This document shows positions 32,629 to 43,675 of a stretch of 64,000 nt of DNA, in pieces. Each line of letters starts with the position of its first letter. Position 1 is the first letter of the stretch. Source of the DNA: Picochlorum sp. SENEW3 (taxonomy: Eukaryota); assembly GCA_034226945.1 (NCBI GenBank), contig CP120453.1, positions 682,001 to 746,000 of the forward strand, read 5' to 3'. Position numbers and translations under genes: made by a program. The notes beneath the pieces are model-generated. The model had not been told where the DNA came from, ran no database searches, and saw only the letters and a list, made by a program, of their open reading frames with translations.

Positions 32629-33182
32629 CGTGTCGTAAGTTGCCAAGGTCACAACCACAAGGCTGTCGTATATGATACGGCGGCAGATCTGCTCTGTTGA
32701 TGGGCAGTACTGGAGCCAACATGTGCGAGATGTGCACATTCAGGAAGTATTCGACTGGAATCCAGAGATTTGGTTCTGGAATGAATGACAATCAAAAGCA
32801 ATAGGTTGGTTTCCTTCGGCAAAGACTCGTAGCAGATCTAGGTCTGCCAAAGAAGATGGAAAAAAAGGGATGAATGTACCGGCAATGAATTGTGGCCTTG
32901 TAAGGCCTCAATGACATGCTTGCTCCAGGGGCACGCCTTAAAGATCATTGTCCGCTTTTGAAGGCAAATTCCATTCCAGTGAGTACGTAAAACGAAGAAA
33001 ATTATGTTTAATATACTACACTATATGCAATATGTATGGTGCTGTCATGTAGTTCTGGCATCAATATAGCTTCAAAAGCCACACAATATAAGCATGCATC
33101 GACATCGTCTCACTGTATCGCTTCATTCTTATAAATATCTCACTACGAGGAGGAAACAAAAACAAAGGAAAAGGAACCACCA

Positions 33183-33455
33183 TCAACCATAATAAGGAAT
33201 GAAGGCGTGTCTGTAATCCTCAGACGCTGCCTTTTGCATCCCACCATCGACCTCATCAGCAATGTGCACGAGATCATCGTATGTTTCTACATCTCCTGGA
33301 TGTAAAAATGCTTCGTATTCAACATCCCGAGGAGACCGTACCACAGCACCCTCCAGCTCACAGGGTGTGTGGTCAACCCTGTTTGCTAAAGCTGGCCCAA
33401 GGCTGAGCACTTGAACCTTCAACCTTCTACCGTCAGATCTATCTTGGGTATTCAT
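33183..33455 (-). CDS. Small hypothetical protein
   Basis: Isolated 90-aa ATG ORF with protein-like composition in an otherwise AT-rich intergenic region. Confidence 0.4.
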   Translation of the reverse strand: MNTQDRSDGRRLKVQVLSLGPALANRVDHTPCELEGAVVRSPRDVEYEAFLHPGDVETYDDLVHIADEVDGGMQKAASEDYRHAFIPYYG

Positions 33456-34282
33456 ATATACAATTGATGTTGGCGCTGTCGCAATATGTATGTCACGACG
33501 GACACGATGTCGGAAATTGGATCCCTGGTTATTACAGTACGTTGGGTTTTACGCTGTTATTAACTAATGATGCGGATTCGTATTGTTCCGAGTATGGAAA
33601 ATATAAATCCAAGTACTATTCTTTGGTTTCTTGATACCTGAATGTATGATTGTAGAATTTTCTTTTGATCGTCTCGGGACCGCATGGCGCGTTATGTGGA
33701 GGAAACGACACGTGGCCAGCGTCCTCGAGACCTGCTCTTTTGACCATGCCAAAGGCATGGTGGTCGGTCATATTTTGTTTGATTATGTGTCTGGACACCG
33801 TATAAAGTGCTCAGATAGATAGTACTTTGGATATTGTCTTTCTTCTGACCATCTGTGCGTCAATAGCGTCCTCTGACTTGAGAGAAGAAGAAGAAGAAGA
33901 TACGCACCATGCAGTCCAACAGAATGTGTCAGCTCTTTCTTGTAGAGCACAGTCGGCATGATGGCATCACAAATAAAGGCAGTCATACTCTTGTGTCAGA
34001 GATGTAACGCATTTCTATGATGAATGTCATATTTTTGAATGCATGGAATTCTCTCCAATTATTATTACAATTGAATAATAATTGTAATTTTTACAATTAT
34101 TGAGTGGTTAGGGAAGCATTGCCTGTCAAAAGTACCGGTTGATGGGATAGTATATATCCATGGACGGATGGCCACAGAATTGGATGAGATAAGAATTGAA
34201 CAGCGTTTGCAGCCTCCTTTGATGTCTCATTTATAACAATCATCGAATTAGCAGCGCTTGCGAAGCGATTGTTGTGGTCTTC

Positions 34283-36262
34283 ATGTTTGCACCAACAAAG
34301 GCCCTTGGGAGCGCTGAGGCACACGCAGCTGTGTCCTCATATGGGTCCACTGGTGGCAGCCGAATGCTACCAGTGGCACGCTCATTTACATATGGACCTA
34401 TAATGTACCATAAAGCGAGCGTACAAATGCCCATCGGGGTATGTTCCGTGAGGCGTTGGAACCTGTTGGACCGCAGCAGCAGACGTCTCAAGGGTGAGCA
34501 TATCACCCTGTGCAAGGCGACAGGCGGGTCTTCAGAAGACGAAGAGAATGAGGAAACATCTGAAGAAGAAGATTCCTCGCAGGAGGAAAAGACGACTCGT
34601 CGAGAGTCGTCGTCATCAAAGAATGCTCCATTGAGTTTGGATGATTTTAATCCCATCAAAATGGGAAGAAAGAGTAGAAAAGCATTCGATTCGGTGGTTG
34701 CAGCAGATGGAGAGAACGTCACTTTAGAAGATTTAAATCCCATCTCAATGGGAAAGAGATCCAGAAAGGTCTTTGATGATGTTTGGACACAGTTACAGAG
34801 GATTGGTGGTCCATCCAGAACAGTGGTGGAGGCAGAATCATTGGACCTTCCAGAAGTATTTGAATCCCCTCAGGCCCTGTCAACAACTGTGCTTGTTGTT
34901 GGAGCGACAGGAAGAGTGGGTAAAGTGCTCGTCAGGAAACTGCTGTTGCGTGGATATACAGTCAAGGCTCTTGTCCGCAGGCGTTCTGGGGAGGAAGAGG
35001 AAGATGTGATGGAATCCATTCCTCAGTCGGTAGAGGTGATTGAAGGAGATGTGGGTGATTATAAGGCATGTAGGAAGGCCGTAGAGGGAGTTGATAAGGT
35101 TCTGTTTTGTGCCGCAGCAAGGTCTACCTTGACAGCTGATTTAAACAGGGTTGATGCTGATGGTGTGGGTACAGTTGCAAGAGCCCTCCAGGACGCCCGA
35201 AATGCCTTGGCCCGCAAAGAGGGTGCTGTTGCGTCATCTTCCAAGATGAGTATTGCTGATTTCAGCGACGAAGCTGATCAGGAGGCGTGGGATATCGGGC
35301 ATGTCGGACCAGCTCCTGAGGAAATGGAGGGCAGTGGTTTCTATGCAGAGACTCGCCGTAAAGCTCTGAGCAGAGCCAGAGATATTGCTGATGCGTTGAT
35401 CAACGAAAACGATCATCTAGTATTTGAAGGTGCTGTGTACTCCCGTAACGGGTATGCCATCGTTGATGCAGAGATTGGTGATCAGGTGAGGAATGGGATT
35501 GCCAGCAGTGATGGCTTGGTCATGAGGATTCTTGGCGATGGGCAGCCATACACAGCCATGGTGGAGACTGATGATGGAAGAGTATTCTCGTACAGATTCA
35601 GATCTAGTTTGGGGTACTCCACTGTCCGCATTCCTTTCACCATGTTTTCTCCAGACGTGATTTCAGCAGAGGATCCAGCCAGCAATATTCTCGAGCCCCG
35701 AGAAATTGTGTCATTGGGTATCAAATTCGAGCCAAGTAAGAAGACCATGGACCAACTCGTTGTACCAGGGCAGTCCATGTATGACAATGCAGCAAATAGA
35801 TTTCAACTCGAAATTGATTGGATCAAAGCATTGCCAGGTGGCATAGAGACTGATTTCATTCTCGTCTCTTGTGGAGGAGCTCAGAGAGCCGAGTGGTCAT
35901 TCGATGAGACCGTTCGGGAGCGTGTCGTGTCTGCAAAAAGAAAAGGAGAAGCTATTCTTCGAAGCAGTGGATTGGGATACACCATTGTGCGTCCAGGAGC
36001 TCTGGTTGAAGAAGCTGGAGGATACAAAGCACTTGTTTTTGACCAAGGGAATAGAATCACGCAGCCAGTCGCATGCGCCGATGTTGCAGACGTTTGCTTA
36101 AAAGCACTTCATGATCCATTAGCAAGAAACAAAACATTTGAAGTCTGCTGGGAGTACACTCCTGAGCAAGGACTGGAGAACTATGAACTTGTGGCTCATC
36201 TGCCAGACAAGGCAAACAATTACTTGTCACCTGCCTTGGCAACACTTCAGAGCAATACCTAA
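34283..36262 (+). CDS. HCF173: HCF173-like atypical SDR (NAD(P)-binding plus CIA30 domain), psbA translation factor
   Basis: NPISMGKRSRKVFDDVW, VLVVGATGRVGKVLVRKLLLRGY, CIA30 insert, WIKALP..ETDFILVSC, LVFDQGNRITQ, LVAHLPDKANNYL. Start uncertain. Confidence 0.88.
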   Translation: MFAPTKALGSAEAHAAVSSYGSTGGSRMLPVARSFTYGPIMYHKASVQMPIGVCSVRRWNLLDRSSRRLKGEHITLCKATGGSSEDEENEETSEEEDSSQEEKTTRRESSSSKNAPLSLDDFNPIKMGRKSRKAFDSVVAADGENVTLEDLNPISMGKRSRKVFDDVWTQLQRIGGPSRTVVEAESLDLPEVFESPQALSTTVLVVGATGRVGKVLVRKLLLRGYTVKALVRRRSGEEEEDVMESIPQSVEVIEGDVGDYKACRKAVEGVDKVLFCAAARSTLTADLNRVDADGVGTVARALQDARNALARKEGAVASSSKMSIADFSDEADQEAWDIGHVGPAPEEMEGSGFYAETRRKALSRARDIADALINENDHLVFEGAVYSRNGYAIVDAEIGDQVRNGIASSDGLVMRILGDGQPYTAMVETDDGRVFSYRFRSSLGYSTVRIPFTMFSPDVISAEDPASNILEPREIVSLGIKFEPSKKTMDQLVVPGQSMYDNAANRFQLEIDWIKALPGGIETDFILVSCGGAQRAEWSFDETVRERVVSAKRKGEAILRSSGLGYTIVRPGALVEEAGGYKALVFDQGNRITQPVACADVADVCLKALHDPLARNKTFEVCWEYTPEQGLENYELVAHLPDKANNYLSPALATLQSNT

Positions 36263-36544
36263 TAATGTAAGCGTACAAGATGAATTCTTAGAAGGGTTTC
36301 TTTTGAATGACAGAAAGAGAGAGACTACTCATGAATGTGAAAACAACTCGGTGTAGCACGTGTTTCTGGGACACCACACCAAAAAGTCCACGCGGGCATC
36401 CACCGCGGTCCATTCTGGATAAGACGGTGAGCAGTCACCATATCCAATCCGCTCCCGGAGCTTTTATGCAACGAACGGCCACGAACATCCATACATTCTA
36501 AACTATATATATAATTCCAGTATTCAAGGTACTACGTATAGAAA

Positions 36545-38083
36545 ATGCAGACTGTATCAGCAAACAAGACCTTTTTGGGCACCGCTCTCACAGCATCTCG
36601 TCCAGTGAACAGACAGGCACCACGTCGTGCGATGGCTACCCAGGCATCTGCTGCCACTGCATTTAACACAAAGCGTTCAGAGGAGGTACGTTGTTGGAAA
36701 TGAACCTATTTGTAGGGTTTTCTGAGGGATCCTTCACGCCGGCCATCTCGAAGATCTCTGCCATCGCTCTCGCGATATTCACTACGGTAACGCATAACAG
36801 TATTCATGTGATTGTAGATTATCACTGAAGCCAAGGAGCTTCTTCCAGGAGGAGTGAACTCTCCAGTCCGTGCTTTCAAGTCTGTGGGTGGACAGCCTAT
36901 CGTGTTCGACCACGTCAAGGGCGCATACTGCTGGGATGTCGATGGAAACAAGTACATTGACTATGTTGGATCCTGGGGACCAGCTATTGTTGGACATGCC
37001 CACGATGAAGTGGTTGCTGCTTTGCAGGAGCAGCTTGTCAAGGGAACATCATTCGGTGCCCCTTGCGAATTGGAGAATGTGCTTGCCAAGATGGTCATCG
37101 ACAGAGTGCCATCTTGCGAGATGGTTCGTTTCGTGAACTCTGGAACAGAGGCTTGCTTGTCCGTTGTCCGTTTGATGAGAGCCTTCACCAAGCGTGAGAA
37201 GATTATCAAGTTCACCGGATGCTATCACGGACACGGTGACCAGTTCTTGGTTGCTGCTGGATCTGGTGTCCTTACGCTTGGTCTTGCTGACTCTCCAGGA
37301 GTTCCAGCAACCACTGCCGCTGCCACATTGACCGCCAAGTACAACGATTTGGACTCTGTCAGGGCACTGTTTGAGGCCAATCCAGGAGAGATTGCTGGAT
37401 TGATTTTGGAGCCAGTTGTCGGAAACTCTGGATTCATTGAGCCAACCAAGGAATTCCTCGTAGGACTCAAGGAAATCTGCGCCGAGAATGGAGCTCTTCT
37501 TTGCTTCGATGAGGTTATGACTGGATTCAGAATTGCCAAGGGATGTGCACAGGAGCACTTTGGTGTGACCCCAGATTTGACCACCATGGGTAAGGTTATC
37601 GGAGGAGGACTCCCAGTCGGAGCTTATGGAGGTCGCAGAGACATTATGGAGATGGTTGCTCCAGCAGGACCAATGTACCAGGCAGGTACCTTGTCAGGAA
37701 ACCCACTTGCCATGGTTGCAGGAATCAAGACTTTGGAGATTCTTGGCCGCCCAGGTGCATATGAGCACCTCGACAACATCACCAAGAGATTGATCAACGG
37801 TATCTTGGAGGCAGGAAAGGAGACTGGACATGCCATGTGCGGATCCTCCATCTCTGGAATGTATGGATTCTTCTTCACTGAGGGACCAGTCTCCAGCTTT
37901 GAGGATGCCACCAAGTCTGACACTGCCAAGTTTGGTAAATTCCATAGGGCCATGCTTGAGAGAGGAGTCTACTTTGCTCCATCTCAGTTCGAGGCTGGAT
38001 TCACCTCTCTTGCCCACACTGAGGCTGATATTGATCAGACTATTGAGGCAGTTAGAGATGCACTCAAGAGCATTGATCCATAA
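36545..38083 (+). CDS. GSA1: Glutamate-1-semialdehyde 2,1-aminomutase, plastid; intron 36686-36817
   Basis: [40 protein letters not shown] Lys in [18 protein letters not shown]; transit peptide in exon 1. Confidence 0.97.
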
Positions 38084-38159
38084 ATAATTTTGTTGCATCC
38101 ATAGCATTCTGACAATTCTTTGTAAAAGCAAATACGCATATACAATGCCATTCATTCAT

Positions 38160-39431
38160 TCATGAACTGGAAACACGGACAAGGAGGCAGGTAATGCACC
38201 AAACATTGATGGCAAAGAAGACAATGCCAGCACCCCATACAAACAGATGGACAGGATATCCCTGAAACTCTAGTAGATATGCCCAAGCTAGCCAATGAGC
38301 CAAACCAAGAGGCCATGCGATGGCTGCTGTAATCAGACCCTTGTTTTCCTGCCTCCTGCTGTGTTTGACAAGCTGAGGCAGCACAAGTGGTAACCAAGAC
38401 AGGTACCACACGAAATACTGCGCCGTCGATACTTTATTGAAACATACAAAAGCCATAGATTGTATCATAAACGCCATGGCAACATCAGTCGATGCTACCC
38501 TATGAGAAATGAAGAGCTGCATGGCAAGTCCAGCCATGCCAAACCATGCCCCTGTGTCACCCAAGGCGTCCATTGATCCCGCCCGCAGATAGGCAGGATA
38601 AAAGTAGGGTGAAAAATTATGGCGTGGATCCACTCGAGAGAGGTGATAGAGATATGTTTCTTCTAAAAACTCCATACCATAAAACCAGTGCATGGCCCCT
38701 CCTAAAATTAGAAACACAAGCCCAGACAGCACACCAAACACAAATCCATCTACAGACACATACTTTCTAAAGAGACTCCATATTGTAGTGCTCTTCTCAT
38801 TTGTTGTTTTGCTGGGGTTGTGTGCCAAATGTATCAAGATACTGGGAGCAAACACAATGGGATAAATCCTCCAATGCACAGCAAGACCATACAGAAGTGC
38901 AGCCAGGATCACCCGTCTCTTCTCTAACATATATACTAACCCCATCAACATGCAGACAACTATAGCTTCTCCGTTACCTCTGGTCGATATCGTGGCTGTG
39001 AATGGACTATATAGCCACAATCCAATGCACAGGCACCTGACAGTTGCTGATGTCACACCCTTGTCATACAAAATCAGCAACATAATCCTACACACGTGAC
39101 ACATTCTTCATTAGAAAAGAAAAGTGACATGAAAACAATCAAGCAAGTCGTACATGGCCGCCATGATATCACACATGCTGAACAGAACCTTGCCATACTC
39201 TGGGAAAAGACAGTTGGGCAACAACAGTCCAGCCAACAGCGGAGTATATCGGTAGGTCGATCGCTCATACGGCGACGCCCCATCCTTGATGAAATTTGCA
39301 GCATCTGAATACACTTTGTAATCAATATCAGTATATGGCACCTCCAAATTCGAATCTTGCCAACGACCGAAAGCAATAAGACCAACTCTAACCACCACCG
39401 CCAACTGCAACAATCTGGTCTCTGCAGACAT
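38160..39431 (-). CDS. PIGM: GPI mannosyltransferase 1 (PIG-M/Gpi14); intron 39088-39153
   Basis: YTDIDYKVYSDAA, SPYERSTYRYTPLLA, ISTRGNGE, YLYHLSRVDPRHNFSPYFY, FNKVSTAQYFVWY. Confidence 0.93.
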
Positions 39432-39777
39432 CGGATACGACACTAGAATGGGTCGATATTTTTACTTTGAAAATATGATATGCTAAATGTGCAGCATTTT
39501 ACAGCTGCAAAGGGACGATTGGCTTCATATGAAACAAAAAACTCCTTAAATTAGAATTAAATAGATCCTCTTGTTGATCAGATGATCCTTGCAATGACAG
39601 TGCTTCCTTGATAGTAAAATGAAAAAAAGAAGGGAAACATGCTTTGAAAATGAATGCAAGACGACAGTCATAAGATCGTGACAAGCTGCACACTTTCAAA
39701 TTGCAAAACGTATCTGCAGGATTTCGGAGAGTATTTTCCAGTGGCCTCTTTGATAGATTAGAACTTCAATTTTAAGG

Positions 39778-40773
39778 ATGATAGTCAATCCGATGACGGC
39801 TGGACATGGTGGACTGAGTACAGTGAGCTTTGGGTTTGGAAGACAAGTGCCTGGCTTAAAAAAAGCAGTTCAGCAGTCTGTGGCTCAGAAGGATGCTGTG
39901 CTTCATAGATCAATACTCGTGGCACAGAAGAATTTATTCCTTCCATATCAGTCACATAATGACCAATGGATGCCTAGACGTACATGTATAGTGCCAAGAT
40001 CTGGAGTATCAATACCTCCATTGGAGATGTCAAGTCTGTTGGCTTCTCAGCCTGGTCCATGGGTCGGTATCGCTGCGAACACCTTGGTATATATTCTTGG
40101 AAATAAAGTGTTACTGCGTGGCTTGACATGGGAAGGGTATTACAGTTCCTGGGTGCTTGGGGCCTTGAGTTTCTCAGCATTTGGGGTGTATGGGTATTCT
40201 GTGGTTTGCTTGTATTTTATAGTAGGCAGCTGGGTGACAAAGTTGAAGATGGAAGTTAAAGAAAAAGAAGGGACGGCAGAAGCGAGGGGTGGCAGACGTG
40301 GAATAGGAAGTGTACTGGGGTCTGGTGTTGCAGGCATGGCTTGTGCTGCCTTGGCGCTCTCACCCTTGCCTCTTGAATATACCATGCTCCAGGTGGGATT
40401 CTTGGCTAGTTTTTGCAGTAAACTCTCTGATACGGTGTCGAGTGAGATAGGGAAAGTGTATGGTCGAACAACGTATTTAGCAACCACGTTTGCACCTGTA
40501 CTGAGGGGTACAGAGGGAGCAGTAAGTGCAGAGGGCACACTTGCAGGGGTTGTGGCATCTGTGCTCCTTTCGGGATATGCATTTTTGGTGCATATGATAG
40601 ATATAAAAGGCCTTTTATGTGTAGTCTCTGCATCGTTGATTGCAAATTATATAGAGAGCGTTATTGGAGCAACCTTTCAGGATACCATTCCATGGCTGAC
40701 AAATAATGTAGTAAATATGATTCAAATCACTCTGGCTTCCTTAATAGCCATGGGTCTATTTTTTGCATTTTAA
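39778..40773 (+). CDS. VTE6: Phytyl-phosphate kinase VTE6 (DUF92/TMEM19 family), plastid
   Basis: EARGGRRGIGSVLGS, SFCSKLSDTVSSEIGK, GTEGAVSAEGT, ESVIGATFQ..WLTNNVVN; transit peptide. Confidence 0.88.
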   Translation: MIVNPMTAGHGGLSTVSFGFGRQVPGLKKAVQQSVAQKDAVLHRSILVAQKNLFLPYQSHNDQWMPRRTCIVPRSGVSIPPLEMSSLLASQPGPWVGIAANTLVYILGNKVLLRGLTWEGYYSSWVLGALSFSAFGVYGYSVVCLYFIVGSWVTKLKMEVKEKEGTAEARGGRRGIGSVLGSGVAGMACAALALSPLPLEYTMLQVGFLASFCSKLSDTVSSEIGKVYGRTTYLATTFAPVLRGTEGAVSAEGTLAGVVASVLLSGYAFLVHMIDIKGLLCVVSASLIANYIESVIGATFQDTIPWLTNNVVNMIQITLASLIAMGLFFAF

Positions 40774-40779
40774 AATCCA

Positions 40780-43437
40780 TTAATGTAGTATTAGATGCCA
40801 AAGTTCTGCACCAAACCCAACAATGCATATGCATTGTGGAATAAAAACTCTCCATGGTTGAGAGGCAATCCTCCTGCTGAGAACGAGTGAGGATGAGATT
40901 CCCAACAGCAGCGTGCTTGCTTGTAAAAATGTCACCACTGATGCATCAGCACTAATTGAAGGTAAATAGTGTTCAGGAATACCAACAGACGAGCCTGCTA
41001 CCTGAACAATTGTCCCTGCTTCGACAAGCAAAAGCTCCAGGTAATACGCAAGAATGCTGCTCCATACCAATGGTAGATATCCATACCCTAACGACATGAA
41101 TGATTTGCTCGGAGCGACAATGAGGGAATCTTTCTCCAGTGCCTGATAACTCGCAGTAGCTCGAGAAAGAACCTGCATAGCTTGTGCTGTCTCACTGTTG
41201 TCTACCGAGGAGAAGGATAACCTTGGGCTTTGGTTTGTGTGCGTAATATCTGACGCAAATCTCCACATCGAGTCCAATGCAAACGCAGTGACCCCTGGAA
41301 ATCCTAGCATGAATATCGATGCCGCAATGTGATAGGTGTTATTGGAAAAGATCATGTCTTTATATTGGGATAGTCCATAATCACTCAGGACCACTGGCAA
41401 CCGATGTAATGCCACAGACCCCAGCAAAATAAAGGCCAGAGCAAGCTCTTCTGGAATTGGTTTATGTGAAGAATTCCACAAGTCTGCACCTGGAATTCTG
41501 ATGCGAAATTCAACAGACGAGTGTGGACACGCTTTCAGGCACTCCATGCACAAGACGCAATTTCTATTGTCAGTGAGTTGAGCTGGGTGTGAATATAAAG
41601 GGCATCCAGTCGATGCCATGCCTTCTGGAGGCACTGCTGGCCCACCCTTGTAACAACCATATGTGCTGCATTCAGCAGAACACACGCCCTGCACTGCTCT
41701 TAATTCAGTAGCTGCCATTTTAGCAAACAATCCATTCATACCCCCAATGGGACACAAATAGCGACACCACACTCGGCGCTCATAGAAAAATGATCCGATC
41801 ATTGCTCCAGCAGTGATGAGAAGTAAGAGACTCGAGGACAAATACGCATGCTGTGGAAGATCCCACACTTCCTCCCATATCAAAATGCCTGTAAACAGGG
41901 ATGTCAGAAACAGGTACCCCCATTGGTCAAGAAACTCCTTTGGCCATTTCATCAATGTAGCTCCACTATCAAGTCGTAATTTTTGAACTAATTCTCCATA
42001 AATCATGAATGGGCAAATAGAACACCACACTCTGCCAAAAAATGGGTAAGCAATAAAGCTCAATGGCCACCAGTAACACCAGAAAGCATTCAATGCAAAA
42101 TTATGGTCCCTATCCTGTGGGCCAAAAAACAAATACAGCACAATAGCTGCATATACGTAAACTGTAAATTTAAAATTAATCTCCCTAGGCCAAAACATTG
42201 ACCTCAAGAATTTACGAAAGAGTGGCAATGGCTTGAGCACATCTGCCTTAAACTGATCCACTTGGGAACCAGAAGCAAACCAAAACACCTCCTCACCAAG
42301 TTCCATCACATCGGTCGCATCCCCATCATTCGATTTTCCTTGACGACTCTGTGCCACAGCCCTATCGATCGATGCCTCTAGCTCGGAAATGTTGTTGGGA
42401 AATTTTCCAGATTCGAGCCTTCTCATGGCCTGTGGAGTCAAAGAAATCGACCCCAATCCTTTATCTCTCGCTGACACCCGCAGATGAAACTCAACAATAG
42501 CACGAATATCTTTGGCCCTCACTCGAAGTGGAGGCACTTGTATCGCAGTCACACAGGAATCCAATCTGGGAACACGCATCTCTGCAGTCATCACAATCCT
42601 TGGACTGGACTGAAACCTCCGCTCCTCCTGATCAGACAAGTTCTCTACATCGTATTCCAAATCATCAATGCTTTTATCATACGATATTGCACCAAGATGA
42701 ACACTCAGCAAATCTAACACCTCTGGCAACGCCTTGTGGACATTAGTCAGAATAATAGTTCCCTGTTCAGGAACCTTTTGCAGCAACCCCTTCTTCCCCC
42801 GCCGCCCAAACAACACAGTAGCACGCGCATCCAATCGCGTACAGTCCAACGTCACCAACGGATATCGTCCATATTTGCTTCCAAAGTGAATCAAAGTCGC
42901 AATGTTAAATTTATGCAACCCTGGTTCACCAAATATCAAAACAGGCTTTCGTTCCTCATCATGGGAAGCAGCAACAATCTGCTTTCGTAATTTCACTGCA
43001 TACCTAGAATTCCCAACAATGCCATACTTTGGAGAAGACACTCTATATGGGGCCAACTCTCTCTGCATCTCCTGTTCAAGCTTCAATTTCCTCTCCGCAT
43101 CACCCAACTGACCAGACAGTTGGCTCATACGCTTGGACATCTCATCGTTCAACGCACGCATCAAATTCTCCTTCATGGCGTCCGATGACACACCATCACT
43201 TCCATCATCAGGCATACTCGTGCAGAGTATCCTATGGGCTTGCCGTCTCGATGTGTGACCCCGTGCCAGTCTAGTACAACGGAAAAGGTTGGTACCGGTG
43301 GTTTCGGAACCACCTGGCCTTGCGACACCACACCCTGTACCTCTCGAGATGGCACGCATGTCGTTTTTATTTGGTTTATTTTTTCTAGAACATATAGGCG
43401 CCCTATACCCTGAGTGTAACCCAGTCGATACTTGCAT
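40780..43437 (-). CDS. Plastid-targeted fusion: degenerate sigma54-interaction (AAA+) domain plus polytopic 4Fe-4S-binding membrane domain (cyanobacterial-type)
   Basis: IVGNS, VLIFGEPGLHK, VPPLRVRAKDI and FPNNISEL (enhancer-binding-protein-like). Then TM helices with GRVWCSICP, RVWCRYLCP and ferredoxin-like CVLCMECLKACP. The N-terminal region looks like a transit peptide. Confidence 0.85.
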   Translation of the reverse strand: MQVSTGLHSGYRAPICSRKNKPNKNDMRAISRGTGCGVARPGGSETTGTNLFRCTRLARGHTSRRQAHRILCTSMPDDGSDGVSSDAMKENLMRALNDEMSKRMSQLSGQLGDAERKLKLEQEMQRELAPYRVSSPKYGIVGNSRYAVKLRKQIVAASHDEERKPVLIFGEPGLHKFNIATLIHFGSKYGRYPLVTLDCTRLDARATVLFGRRGKKGLLQKVPEQGTIILTNVHKALPEVLDLLSVHLGAISYDKSIDDLEYDVENLSDQEERRFQSSPRIVMTAEMRVPRLDSCVTAIQVPPLRVRAKDIRAIVEFHLRVSARDKGLGSISLTPQAMRRLESGKFPNNISELEASIDRAVAQSRQGKSNDGDATDVMELGEEVFWFASGSQVDQFKADVLKPLPLFRKFLRSMFWPREINFKFTVYVYAAIVLYLFFGPQDRDHNFALNAFWCYWWPLSFIAYPFFGRVWCSICPFMIYGELVQKLRLDSGATLMKWPKEFLDQWGYLFLTSLFTGILIWEEVWDLPQHAYLSSSLLLLITAGAMIGSFFYERRVWCRYLCPIGGMNGLFAKMAATELRAVQGVCSAECSTYGCYKGGPAVPPEGMASTGCPLYSHPAQLTDNRNCVLCMECLKACPHSSVEFRIRIPGADLWNSSHKPIPEELALAFILLGSVALHRLPVVLSDYGLSQYKDMIFSNNTYHIAASIFMLGFPGVTAFALDSMWRFASDITHTNQSPRLSFSSVDNSETAQAMQVLSRATASYQALEKDSLIVAPSKSFMSLGYGYLPLVWSSILAYYLELLLVEAGTIVQVAGSSVGIPEHYLPSISADASVVTFLQASTLLLGISSSLVLSRRIASQPWRVFIPQCICIVGFGAELWHLILH

Positions 43438-43675
43438 GACGCTTCCGTTTCCTTTCTTCACGTTACTCGTAGAACAGTCATATGCAGTTTTAGATGGACA
43501 GATCTATACCTGATTTTAATTTTAAATTAATTGACAGTGAGAGAAGAGGCAGAATGCTTGTATGCTGACGACTTGTGTGAAATCCCATTTCGTACACGTG
43601 CCTCGAGGCAGCCATCATGGCATGGGCTAACCCACCCCTCTTTTTTTTATTTTGACAAGACATCTTCATCAATTG

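Noticed and set aside
36870..38155. Long antisense and alternate-frame ORFs over GSA (likewise over RNR1, PP2C, ITPA and mnmE)
   Set aside because: Explained by codon bias of the sense genes; no independent protein motifs.
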